Positions 21,773 through 33,118 of a stretch of DNA of 34,800 nucleotides are shown piece after piece. Under the pieces are notes generated by a model that worked only from the letters and a program-made list of their open reading frames with translations, was not told where the DNA came from and searched no databases. The position numbers and the translations under genes were made by a program. Source of the stretch: Octopus sinensis (taxonomy: Eukaryota). The stretch covers positions 1 through 34,800 of the forward strand of contig NW_021829943.1 in assembly GCF_006345805.1 (NCBI RefSeq), written 5' to 3'. Every line of letters starts with the position of its first letter. Position 1 is the first letter of the stretch.

Positions 21773-22060
21773 TATAAATTAATGTGTGTCTATAAATTAA
21801 AAGTGAATTTGTGTGTGTGTGTGTAAAAGTTTCATGTATATATTATCTGTAACAGTAACTCCCTCCCACTCCTTTTGCTGTTTTAGCTTTCTTTCTGACC
21901 TGTCCATAAATTATCTTTACAACTTCCACACTTCCGAACTTCAAATTGTAAACCCAGTGTTTATTTCAATGCCTCCGCTTCCTCCCTCTGTTATTTTTCT
22001 TTTAGCCTATGTTATTAAGTCTGCTATGCGTATGTATGCATGTAGTGTGTGTATAATATA

Positions 22061-22092
22061 TACTAGCAGCCACCCGGCCTTTGTCTCGGCGT
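22061..22092 (+). mobile_element. Helitron-like 5' terminal motif
   Basis: TACTAGCAGCCACCCGGCCTTTGTCTCGG resembles the ACTAG...ACCCG...CGG starts of non-autonomous Helitrons; short match only. Confidence 0.3.
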
Positions 22093-22322
22093 GTAGTGTA
22101 CACAATGTATTCATAAAACATCTTTCGTAATGCTTATGTATTAAGATCTTAGTTAAAGATTACTAGTAGATACTCTTCACAAGTAAAAGTTCTACATTCC
22201 AACCTTAAGTAAACACACGCACAGACACACACACATAAATTTACAGTAAACAAAAGACGAAGACAGGTGAGGGCACAACAAGAAGGTGTATTCCCTTGAC
22301 GCTCGGGAAAAATTGGGAAGTC

Positions 22323-24088
22323 GGTTAATATAGGGCGTAACAAATATCAGAAAATCAAAAAAAAAATGTGTGTGTAATAGGTGTAAAACAAATTCCTATG
22401 AACGAATATGAAAAAAAAATTCGCGCACGCGAAAGGGAGTGGGGGAGAGGCCTCGGAAAATTCACATCGGGAAGTTCCGAAAGCGTCTGAGGAGCTGACC
22501 CGGGCACCAAAACAAAAAAAAAATAGTGTAATATGTGTAAAACAACTTGCTCTAAACGAATAAGACAAAAAAAAATGCGCTCTCGCGAAAGAGGGGTGGG
22601 GGAGAGGCCTCGGAATATTTATATCGGGAATTTCCGAAAGCGTCTGAACCGGGCACACAACACAAAACAGCGTAATAGGTGTAAAACAACTTGCTCTAAA
22701 CGACTATCATGAAAAAAATGCGCGCTCTCGAAAGGGGGTGGGGGAGAGGCTTCGGAAATTTCACATCTTCAGTCCACGGCCTTTAACTAAGAAAAAATAG
22801 TGTAATTGGTGTAAAACTACTTGTTCTAAACGAGTATCAAGAACACACACTCACACATGAATCATAAACTCCGTATTTCGCAAAAAAAAAATAAAGAGAA
22901 GAAATTCTGGAAAAGTGAAGAAATGTTGGATCTCCGCCATGTGAATCAAAATACGTGTCAGAAACATCTTGAAATACTACAGAAATTATGTTACGAAAAT
23001 GATAATGTATACATACCTCTTTGAGTGGTCCATCGATAATGATGATAAAGAAATGAGTTGGATTTGAACTCAGAATATTGACTAACACAACTACATACTA
23101 CAAGACTCAAAATATTCAGCCAAGTCACCACCCTTTAACTAGCAATAATAATAACATCAATAACATAACAGCCAAAGATTTATTTGTTCTGAAAATAACA
23201 ATCATAGTAAATAAATATGTTCTTTAATATTCACATTCATGTGCACAGTTAACACACTTACATATAAACAGTCACGCATGCATAATACAGAACGGAACAC
23301 ATAAATGAAGGATGCATTACTTAGTATATATTACATCTAGAGAATTTTGATTAATAAGTCAAATATGCAAATTATAAAGATAATTAATTGCTTTACTAAA
23401 CAGTGTTGTAAAGGTGAAAGAATAATTTGGGAAAAAAATACACGCCAAAACTAATTAATAAAGGATAATTAGGGAAGGATTGACACAAAATAATAATTTT
23501 TTCTGTCTCTTTTTTTCTGATAAATGCATCTTAATAAGTGAAAAGAATTGCATATATCTGAACTATTTCAAAGAAAAGCATAAATTTAATGTTTAAAATA
23601 GCTTTAACCAAGGAATGAGATCCAACATTTCTTCACTTTTTCCAGAATTTCTTCTCTTTATTTTTTTTTTTTTTGCGAAATACGGAGTTTATGATTCATG
23701 TGTGAGTGTGTGTTCTTGATACACGTTTAGAACAAGTAGTTTTACACCAATTACACTATTTTTTTCTTAGTTTAAAGGCCGTGGACTGAAGATGTGAAAT
23801 TTCCGAAGCCTCTCCCCCACCCCCTTTCGCGAGCGCGCATTTTTTCATGATAGTCGTTTAGAGCAAGTTGTTTTACACCTATTACGCTGTTTTTGTTTCT
23901 GTTTTTGTGCCCGGGTCAGCTCCTCAGACGCTTTCGGAACTTCCCGATGTGAATTTTCCGAGGCCTCTCCCCCACCCCCTTTCGCGTGCGCGAATTTTTT
24001 TTTCATATTCGTTCATAGGAAGTTGTTTTACACCTATTACACACATTTTTTTTTGATTTTCTGATATTTGTTACGCCCTATATTAACC
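22323..24088. mobile_element. Foldback-like non-autonomous DNA transposon with modular long TIRs and an 8-bp TSD
   Basis: TIRs at 22323-~22935 and ~23618-24088 begin GGTTAATATAGGGCG. A perfect GGGAAGTC duplication lies at 22315-22322 and 24089-24096. The centre is AT-rich and non-coding. Confidence 0.9.
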
Positions 24089-24689
24089 GGGAAGTCTTTG
24101 ATGTTTAGAACCTACGCTCTTCGACAGAAAGGATTGAGGGGGGAAATGGAGAGGGAACGAAAATAAAGGAGGAGAGAGAAAATGTGTAGGATTAACGGTT
24201 GAACATGATGAAATCCTGGAAGAACGAGTTTGAGATAAAGGGGGCAAATAACGCTGCCCCTGCTGAACTAGGTTGCGTAAGGGCGACTGTGCATTTAAGA
24301 AGGATGTGTGGGTGTGCATGTGTAAAAGGGGACGAGTGCGTGTGAATGTTGTGTAGGGGAGCTTAAATTATGTGGGTCTGCGTGTACGTAAGGGAGCGCA
24401 TGTGTGTGTATATGTAGAAGTATCCTAATGTGGGCATTGTGTAGAATGGTGTTTCGTGTATTTGTATGTGTGTGAAGCTGCATATAGCATGTGCTTGTGT
24501 GTGTGTATGCAAACGTTTGTGTGTAGCAGTTAATGTGTGTTTGTTTGAATGGTGTGTGCACATGTATATACACATTAGTGCATGTGTGTGGGAGTCGTTG
24601 TGTGCATGATGGTGTGTGGTTTGGGCAGTGAGCTGAACAGTGTGCAGGGGTGTTCTGATTGTGGTGTGGTGGTGATGTTACTGGTGAGT

Positions 24690-25333
24690 GTATATATATA
24701 TATATATATATATCAGCCAGGCTGTCTGGTGCTGATTCGGGCTCCGCTTCCCATAAAATTTGCTCCTTCCTCTCCTGCTCTCCTATTTCTTCTGTTCTAA
24801 ACATTTTTATTAAATCATCTTCACATCTGACTGGAGGTCTTTCTGAGTGGTCTCTTCCGTTTGCACGGGTACCACCCTACAACTGCACGGGTCCACCGAT
24901 GGTCAGTGAACCTTGCGACATGACCAGCCCATCGTAGATTTACTTTGTGGTTTTCGGCGATGATGTCCTTCACTTCAGTTCTATTCCAGATTTCCTCATT
25001 CCAGGTGTGATCTCTTAGCCAGATTCCCAACATCAGCGTTACAACATAACGCTGACAGTGGAGATCACCGATCACCTGTAGACCATTGCTGGACGAACTG
25101 GATTCGAGAGGTTCGGCACTCGGCTTGAAGATCAACTGTATGAAAACCAAGTACATAGGGTCTGAAGGCGTATCAATCGGTCATCTAGCAGTCGGAAGCG
25201 ACGAAATAGAAGAGGTGGACAGCTATGTCTATCTCGGTCAAGAAGTGACTAGAGGTGAAAGATGGAGAATGAGATGTTGCGAAGGTTAAGAGCAGGATGG
25301 AGAGCTTTCACCTCACTGAAGGATGTGCTGAAG
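24690..25333. mobile_element. RTE-clade LINE 3' fragment with an internally inverted 5' segment
   Basis: Minus 25075-24715 reads MLGIWLRD...RWAGHVARFTDHRWT...RPPVRCEDDL followed by a (TA)n tail. Plus 25080-25333 reads LGLKINCMKTKY...VDSYVYLGQ...AGWRAF. Confidence 0.8.
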
Positions 25334-25365
25334 GTATATTTATATATACATATACAAGGAACACA

Positions 25366-28300
25366 CTCACAGGCAAGGAACACAGGTACAAGATTTTTGG
25401 GCAGGGAACACTGACGGGGTCGGGGGCGTGGGTATACTTCTTGCGGAGAAATGGGTAGATAAGGTAATCGAGGTAGTCAGAGTAAGTGACAGAGTAATTA
25501 AAATTAGATTAGTCATTCACCATAGTTCAGCTACCATCATCTCGGCATATGCCCCTCAACCAGGGCTACCGGAAGGACAAAAAGACCAATTCTATGACAC
25601 CCTATTGCGGACTACCTCGTTGACATATGACAGTGACCTTCTCTTCGTGGCAGGGGATTTTAATGGACATGTTGGTCGGTATGTCGGGGGCTTCCATGGC
25701 GTTCATGGAGGCTACGGTTTTGGCTCTCGTAATGAGGAGGGAACCAGGCTGCTGGAGTTCTGCGATGCAAATGACCTTATGGTCTGCAATACCAACTTCA
25801 GGAAACCCACCTCTCACCTAGTCACCTACCGTTCTGGCAGACACACTAGCCAGATTAACTACATCCTTGCCAGAAAAAGGGAAAGAGGGCTGCTTACAAA
25901 TGCCAAAACCTTTCCAGGCGAAGAATGTACTCCTCAACATAGATTAGTAGTTAGCGACTTCAGGATCAGAGCTAAATGGTTGCCCAGAAGAAGACCAGCT
26001 TGGAGGAGAAGGGTCTGGAAGCTTAAAGATCCTGCAAATGGACAGAGATTTAGAGACATATTACTCGAAGCCTTTGACAAAATAGAAGGGGATATAGCTT
26101 CATTTAATGTGGAAGACAACTGGAGATTTCTACGGGACAATCTGCTGACAGCCACTGACCAGATCTGTGGATGGAGCAAAGTACCAGCTCGACCCAGAGT
26201 AACATGGTGGTGGAACACTGTGGTTGACAGGGCTATTAGACAAAAGAGACAGGCTTGGAAGGACTGGAAGAACGGTGGTAGCAGGGAATTGTATCAGACA
26301 GCCAGAAGGGAAGCTAGGAGACAGGTTTATTTAGCCAGAGGGGAAGCGGATAAGAAAAAATTTGCCAATGTTCTGAGCCGTGAGGATAAAAGACTTGAGG
26401 TATTTCATGTTGCAAGACAGTGTGTGAGAGAGAATCGTGATGTGGTAGGAGAGAAGTGTGTTCGCACGGATGATGGTTCACTTGCGCTAAATGAGGATGC
26501 AAAGAGAGAGGTTTGGAGATGCCACTATGAAAGGTTGCTGAATAAAGAAAATGAATGGGATAAAGAGAGTCTGCCGAATGTCAACCCAACAGAGGGACCA
26601 GCCATCCGAGTTGAAAATTCTTTGGTAGTTAAAGCAATTAGAAGCATGAAGACAGGGAAAGCCCCAGGCCCATCAGGAATTACTGCAGAGATGCTCAAAA
26701 TATCTGGCAGTGTCGGCTATAACCTAGTCACCCGTATAGTCAACCAGGTGATACACGAAGGAGTCATACCGAATGACTGGTGTGGCAGCATACTAGTCAA
26801 CTGCTACAAAGGTAAAGGTGATGCCCTAGATACAAATAATTACAGAGGTATCAAGCTGTTGGATCAGGTGATGAAGGTTACGGAGAGGGTCATAGCCCAA
26901 CTAATTAGAGAGAGAGTTAGTTTAGATGAGATGCAGTTTGGGTTCGTGCCAGGGAAAAGTACCTCTGATGCTATATTCCTGGTAAGGCAGCTGCAGGAGA
27001 AATACTTAGCCAAAGATAAGCCCCTGTACCTGGCTTTCGTTGACATGGAGAAAGCCTTTGATAGGGTCCCCCGATCCCTTATCTGGTGGTCAATGAGGAA
27101 ACTAGGGATAGATGAATGGCTGGTGAGGGCTGTGCAAGCCATGTACAGAGATGCCGTAAGTAAGGTTAGGGTTGGCAACATGTACACAGAAGAATTCAAA
27201 GTAGAGGTTGGGGTCCACCAGGGTTCAGTGCTCAACCCCCTCCTATTTATCATAGTCCTCCAGGCAATTACGGAGGAATTCAAGACAGGTTGCCCCTGGG
27301 AGCTCCTCTATGCTGACGACCTTGCTCTAATTGCTGAGTCACTATCAGAACTGGAGGAGAAGTTCCAGGTGTGGAAGGAGGGCCTAGAATCGAGGGGCCT
27401 TAGAGTCAATCTAGCTAAAACCAAAGTCGTAATAAGTTGGAAGGTAGACAATCCACAAATGTCTTCAGGAAGATGGCCCTGTTCAATCTGTAGAAAAGGT
27501 GTGGGTAGAAACTCTATAAGATGTACCCAGTGTAAGCTATGGACACATAAGAGGTGCAGCAATGTCAAAGGTAGGCTAACTGGGAAGATAGTTTTTGTAT
27601 GTGGCAGATGCTCGGGAGCATTAACCTCCGAAAATCTGCAGAAAACAACTTCCGTCACTTTCCAGGGGAAAAAAACTATAAGTTGTTGATAGCTTCCGTT
27701 ATCTAGGTGACCAAGTCAGTTGTGGGGGTGGGTGCGCTGAAAGTGTAACTGCTAGAATAAGAATAGCCTGGGCAAAGTTTAGGGAGCTCTTACCTCTGCT
27801 GGTGACTAAAGGCCTCTCGCTCAGAGTAAAAGGCAGACTGTATGATGCAGGTGTACGAACAGCCATGCTACATGGCAGTGAAAAATGGGCCGTGACTGCT
27901 GAGGACATGCGTAAGCTTGTGAGGAATGAAGCCAGTATGCTCCGATGGATGTGTAATGTCAGTGTACATACTCGACAGAGCGTTAGTACCTTGAGAAGCA
28001 TTAGTTGTACCTAAGAAGCATCAGTTGTGGTGTGCAAGAGAGATGATTGCGCTGGTATGGTCATGTGGCGAGAATGGATGAAGATAGGTGTGTGAGAAAG
28101 TGCCAATCCCTAGCAGTTGAGGGAACCCGTGGAAGAGGTAGACCCAGGAAAACCTGGGACGAGGTGGTGAAGCACGACTTTTGAACTTTAGGCCTCTCTG
28201 AGGAAATGACCAGCGACCGAGACCTTTGGAAATATGCTGTACGTGAGAAGACCAGGCAGGTCAAGTGAGCCCAGCCCACTTATGCATGCCTTTCCTCCCT

Positions 28301-28770
28301 TGGACACAAAGACCTGTTGAGGCAAGCGAAGTCGATATAGAACCTCATCCGACGACAGGCACCCATGCCAACCCCCTTTGCTTGCGAAGACATGTTGGGG
28401 CAAGCGAAATCGAAATAGAAATCGAATTGAACCAGCCAGGATCCCTGGTCTGGTGGTACGTAAAAAGCACTATCCGACTCGTGGCCGATGCCAGCGCCGC
28501 CTCGACTGGCCTCCGTGCCGGTGGCACGTAAAATACACCAATCCGACCGTGGCCGTTGCCAGCCTCGCCTGGCACCTGTGCAGGTGGCACGTAAAAAGCA
28601 CCCACTACACTCATGGAGTGGTTGGTGTTAGGAAGGGCCTCCAGCTGTAGAAACATTGCCAGATAACACTGGAGTCTGGTGCAGCCTTCTGGCTTCCCAG
28701 ATCCCCGGTCGAACTGTCCAACACATGCTAGCATGGAGAACGGACGTTAAACGATGATGATGATGATGAT
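25366..28770 (+). mobile_element. 5'-truncated RTE-clade LINE (APE endonuclease, RT, PHD-like finger, 3' UTR with subrepeats, (GAT)n tail); defective
   Basis: ORF 25428-27689 has SAYAPQ, GDFNGHVG, KAPGPSG, YRGIKLL, QFGF, FVDMEKAFD, GVHQGSVL and LLYADD. There is a frameshift plus TAA near 27670-27681, with further lesions near 28000 and 28180. The tail is ggacgttaaac(gat)n. Confidence 0.95.
25428..27689 (+). pseudogene. RTE ORF2 (endonuclease-reverse transcriptase), interrupted before the C-terminus
   Basis: 753-aa ORF with the motifs above; it continues in another frame as VDSFRYLGDQV...RELLPLLVTKG...LHGSEKW. Confidence 0.9.
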
Positions 28771-28799
28771 CACACACACACACACATATATATATATAT

Positions 28800-29840
28800 C
28801 ATCATCATCATCATCATCATTTAGCGTCCGTTTTCCATGCTAGCATGGGTTGGACGGTTCAACTGGGGTCTGGGGAGCCCGATGGCTGCACCAGGCCAGT
28901 CAGATCTGGCAGTGTTTCTACAGCTGGATGCCCTTCCTAACGCCAACCACTCCGAGAGTGTAGTGGGTGATTTTATGTGCCACCGACACAGGTGCCAGAC
29001 GAGGCTGGCGAACGGCCACGCTCGGATGGTGTTTTTATGTGCCACCGACACAGGTGCCAGACGAGGCTGGCAGACGGCCACGCTCGGATGGTGTTTTTAT
29101 GTGCCACTGACACAGGTGCCAGATGAGGCTGGCGGACGGCCACGATCGGATGGTGTTTGTTACGTCCCCAAAGCACGGAGGCCAGTCTATGCGGTACTGG
29201 CTACAGCCACGTTCGGATGATTTTCTTGTGTGCCACCGGCACTGGTACCACAAAGATACAAATTCCATTGATGTTCATCTATTTTGATTTGATTTGATTT
29301 GATTTGATTTGATTTGATTTGATTTTCACTTGCCTCAACAGGTCTTCACAAGTGTCACAGGAAGGAAGGAAGGTATGCACAGGTGGACTGGTACCACAAA
29401 GATACAAATTCCATTGATGTTCATCTATTTTGATTTGATTTGATTTGATTTGATTTGATTTTCACTTGCCTCAACAGGTCTTCACAAGTGTCACAGGAAG
29501 GAAGGAAGGTATGCACAGGTGGACTGACTACGTCCCAAGTAGGGGCCACGGGTTATGGCCTGACTAGTCTTGCCGGGTCTTCGGTTGGTGTTTTTATGTG
29601 CCACCGACACAGGTGCCAGATGAGGCTGGCGAACGGCCACGATCGGATGGTGTTTGTTATGTGCCCACGTCACAGAGGCCAGTCGATGCGGTACTGGCTA
29701 CGGCCACATTCGGATGGTTTTCTTGTGTGCCAACGGTACTGGTACCACAAAGATACAAATTCCATTGATGTTCATCTATTTTGATTTGGTTTGATTTGAT
29801 TTGATTTGATTTGATTTGATTTTCACTTGCCTCAACAGGT
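28800..29840 (-). mobile_element. Opposite-orientation RTE 3' ends with tandem internal duplications and (TTTGA)n tracts
   Basis: (ATC)n tail followed by the reverse complement of the RTE 3' UTR. Roughly 62-bp units gtgccaccgacacaggtgccaga... are repeated. Block 29245-29390 is duplicated at 29391-29526. Confidence 0.85.
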
Positions 29841-30594
29841 CTATATAATCATGTAGTCAAATGATCAAATACACTGTCAGATGTTACACATCACTTGTCA
29901 CAATGTGCTTTGCATCGTTTTACGTTTTGAATGATGCCACTCCACTGGTTAGGAAAGGAGGCGAACATTCGGATGTCTTGGGAAAGGAAGGGCATTGCAA
30001 GAATCAAACCCACGATCTAGCTATTGTGAGGGTAACACCCGAATCACTATGCCATACAGCTACTCACACATGCACATGAGTATACACATACATAGACTTA
30101 TATATGTACGTTTATGCATATAAAGCAATCATTTTACACCTTTTCTCCATACTACCATGGGTTGTATGAGTATATTATCAATCCATTCTTTTTGCATATG
30201 GATCCCCTTCATTTTATTAACCCTTACCTGTTGTTCAAGGGATCCCTTATTCCAATGGTTTGTCTATTAACAGGGAAAATGATAATCTAATCGTTCATAG
30301 CTGAGCAATTTTCAGTAAAAGCAAATGGAAACATACAAACACACACACATACACACAAACACACACATATATATGTATGCACACATACACACACACATAT
30401 ATGTATGCACACGTACACACACACACACACAAGCACTTCATTTTGGCAGTTTATTTCACTGGTCCTCAGATTTTGTCCAGCAGTGTACGATGTGCTTCTC
30501 ACAGATTATCTCTATTTAATCCACTCAGAAGTCTTGATTAGTCATGGGATTTAGAAGAAGGTACTTGCCCAAGGTGTCATACAGTGGGTCAAAA

Positions 30595-30755
30595 CTTTTG
30601 GTTGGCGTTTGGAAGGTCATCCAGCAGTAAAATACCTGATAAAATAGACAGTAGCCCAGGGTAGTTTTTTCTACCTGTATGGCTCCTGTCGTCCATCTTA
30701 CTCATGAAGGCATGGAAGGTGGACGGTATGCGGTTATGATGATGATGATGATGTT
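30595..30755 (+). mobile_element. Degenerate RTE-type 3' tail
   Basis: ggttggcgtttggaaggtcatccagcagtaaaat...catggaaggtggacg...(gat)n. Confidence 0.6.
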
Positions 30756-31300
30756 AGTATATATATATATACGTATACACATAATGGAAATTTATTAAAT
30801 AATTATGAAGTAGTCATAAAGATATTTGCAAAAGTTTATTAAGTAAGCGCTTGTTGATAGTGTCTGTCGAAATATTAGCAAAGTAGATGAGATCAAATCA
30901 AAGATCAATACAGGACGTTTTATTGAACAAACTCCGTTTCATTGATTCTTTTACTAGTTTTCATAAATTTGCTTTTCTTTAGAGAATCAATTTGTTTTTT
31001 TATATAAAGTGTCCCCCACCCTAGCTGGAGTATGATCCACAGATTTATAGCTCAAGATGTAAGCAGAGGAATGTAGCTAACCTAAAGACACAACTCAATG
31101 ACTGTTGTTAGGCTTATTAGTGTCAAGAAGAACATTCAGCTATGAATAATACTTTAGATAAACTGAAGTTTACAATATCAATGTTATCTTATGCAAGATT
31201 TTAGAACCATCAACTTCTGTTTATTGTTGTTTAACTTATTTTATAAGTTTTTTTAAAACTGTTTTGTTTTCTTTCTTTTTCGACTGATTTTATTCAAAAG

Positions 31301-31380
31301 ACATAGCGAATATCAGACAGAAAATTTCGGAGGATGACATTGAAGGGTTTAAAAAATTAATAAGAAAGGATCCAACAATA
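31301..31380 (+). CDS. Coding exon of an inverted paralog (gene C) of the ankyrin gene
   Basis: tttattcaaaAG|AC...ATA|GTAAGT. The 80-nt exon (phase 1 to phase 0) is open and encodes (D)IANIRQKISEDDIEGFKKLIRKDPTI. The flanks 30785-31520 align to the reverse complement of 2335-3090. Confidence 0.8.
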
Positions 31381-31559
31381 GTAAGTTGTTCTGTTTATTG
31401 CCTTCTCAAATTTGATTGTTTATTATTTTATACACAATATGAAATGTTTTATACACAATATGAAAAGTAGCCACATATATTGTTCCATGATATTTCATTT
31501 CTTTCTTCACCTCTTTTCTCTAATCCTCATCATCGACATTTTTCCCTGTCATCTGTAGT

Positions 31560-32760
31560 GGAGGAATTTAAAGTAGCGAAATGTAATGTAATGATGTACA
31601 GAGACTCTAAGGACGAGCTTGTCAGACATGCAGGTATTACCACAAAGTGTGGGCAACTACCACCGCTGTCGCTCAGGCTGAAGGCATGCTGGAGCTACGC
31701 GCCATAATTGGAGCTACATGTTGGGGTCGCAAGGGACTTGGGTCTTCCTATTTCCAACAATAGAAGAAAGCAGACACCAGGGAGAGGCGGGCTATGACTC
31801 AGAAAGCAATGTGGAACCAGGAGGAAGCTAAAAGGAAATCAAGAGCTGTGGAGTTGGTATCTCTGGGTGTATGGACTAAATGGGATCTCCCTGAGAGGAA
31901 GCTCACATGGACTGACCTGTGGAGGCTGGAACCTTTGCACATCTCCTTCCTGCATCGAGCGGTGTATGACACACTCCCGACACCATCAAACCTGCACAGA
32001 TAAGGTTTGAGGGAAGACCAGCTGCGTAGACTTTGTGGGAAAGGGGCACTCTGGCACACATCTTGGCAGGGTGAAGAATAACACTTTCTCAAGGCAGATA
32101 CAAATACTTGCTCACAACCTGGAGCAGTAAAGGTGTAAGAAACATCATCACCAAGGGAAGATATCTGCCACAATTAAGTTCGTGAAAGAGGGAGAAAAAC
32201 CAGTAAAGCCAGCAAAAGCAAAACATAGCTTGCTGCAAGGGTCTCAACCATGGGATATGAAGGTAGACTTAGGGAAGAGATTGCAGTTTCCCCAGGTTGT
32301 CCATACAACCCTGAGGCCTGATGTGGTCCTGTGGTCTGAAAAAGCTGAGAAAATTATCATAATTGAACGAACAGTCACGTGGGGAGCGGGTTGTAACGAG
32401 GCCCATGAACGGAAGTGTGACAGATATAAGAACATTCTGCAGAATTGCAGGGAGAAGGTATGGCAGGTATGGATTTTCCTAGTGGAGGTTGGCTGTAGGG
32501 AATTCTTTGTCCAGTCGGCATGGAGGATTTTTACAGCAACTGTAATGAGAGGTAAGGAGGGAAGAGTGGGTGTGCACGGATGGGAGAGGCAACTGAAAGA
32601 GCCTTTTGCTGGCTTTGGTGTAAGAGAGAAGATTAACGCTGGAAGGCTTGAGGAGTTGAGGAGCAGTGAATTGGCCACCTCTGTTGACCCACCAATGGTA
32701 GGTGTTACGTTTCAGAGTCGAAACATCCGATGAACGAGGGATAACATCTGACAACATTGG
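31560..32760 (+). mobile_element. Hero-like non-LTR retrotransposon 3' part (restriction-like endonuclease), degenerate
   Basis: WTKWDLPERKLTW..LW..EP...SFL.RAVYDTLPTPSNL, a decayed zinc knuckle (LCGKRGTLAHILAG) and WDMKVDL...TTLRPDVVLWS...RK..RY...VEVGCR, as in the RLE of Hero/NeSL-group elements. Confidence 0.8.
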
Positions 32761-32832
32761 TTTCTCCTGGACAAGGCAACCATTCACTTTGGTGAATAGA
32801 TAAAGCACATCCTTATGGGTGTTATTAACTCT

Positions 32833-32863
<31 letters not shown>

Positions 32864-32939
32864 GTGTGTATACTGCCAAGCAGATGTGTGTGTATTATTG
32901 AGTGGGGTTTGTGTGTATGCATGTGTATCTATGTTAGTG

Positions 32940-33118
32940 TGTGTCCCCAACTGCTAATTGATAACCGGTGTTGGTGTATTTGCATCCCTGTTACTTAGCA
33001 CTTAAGCAAAAGAGGGCTAGAGGTTGCTGCTCATCAGACAGAAAAGGTACCACACATAAAAGACAAAATCAAGGAGGAGCCCCAGCATGGCCACAGTCTC
33101 ATGACTGAAACAAGCAGA
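32940..33118 (+). mobile_element. Degenerate tRNA-SINE family A 3' part
   Basis: ccccaactgc...ggtgttggtgtatttgcatccc...gagccccagcatggccacagtctcatgactgaaacaag. Confidence 0.55.

Noticed and set aside
25366-28770. Active full-length RTE retrotransposon
   Set aside because: 5'-truncated within the endonuclease, with a frameshift plus stop near 27670-27681, further lesions downstream, and INY instead of IDY in the endonuclease.
32695-32760. Hammerhead ribozyme in the Hero 3' UTR (tcgaaac...ccgatga)
   Set aside because: Motif order and stems do not form a valid hammerhead core.
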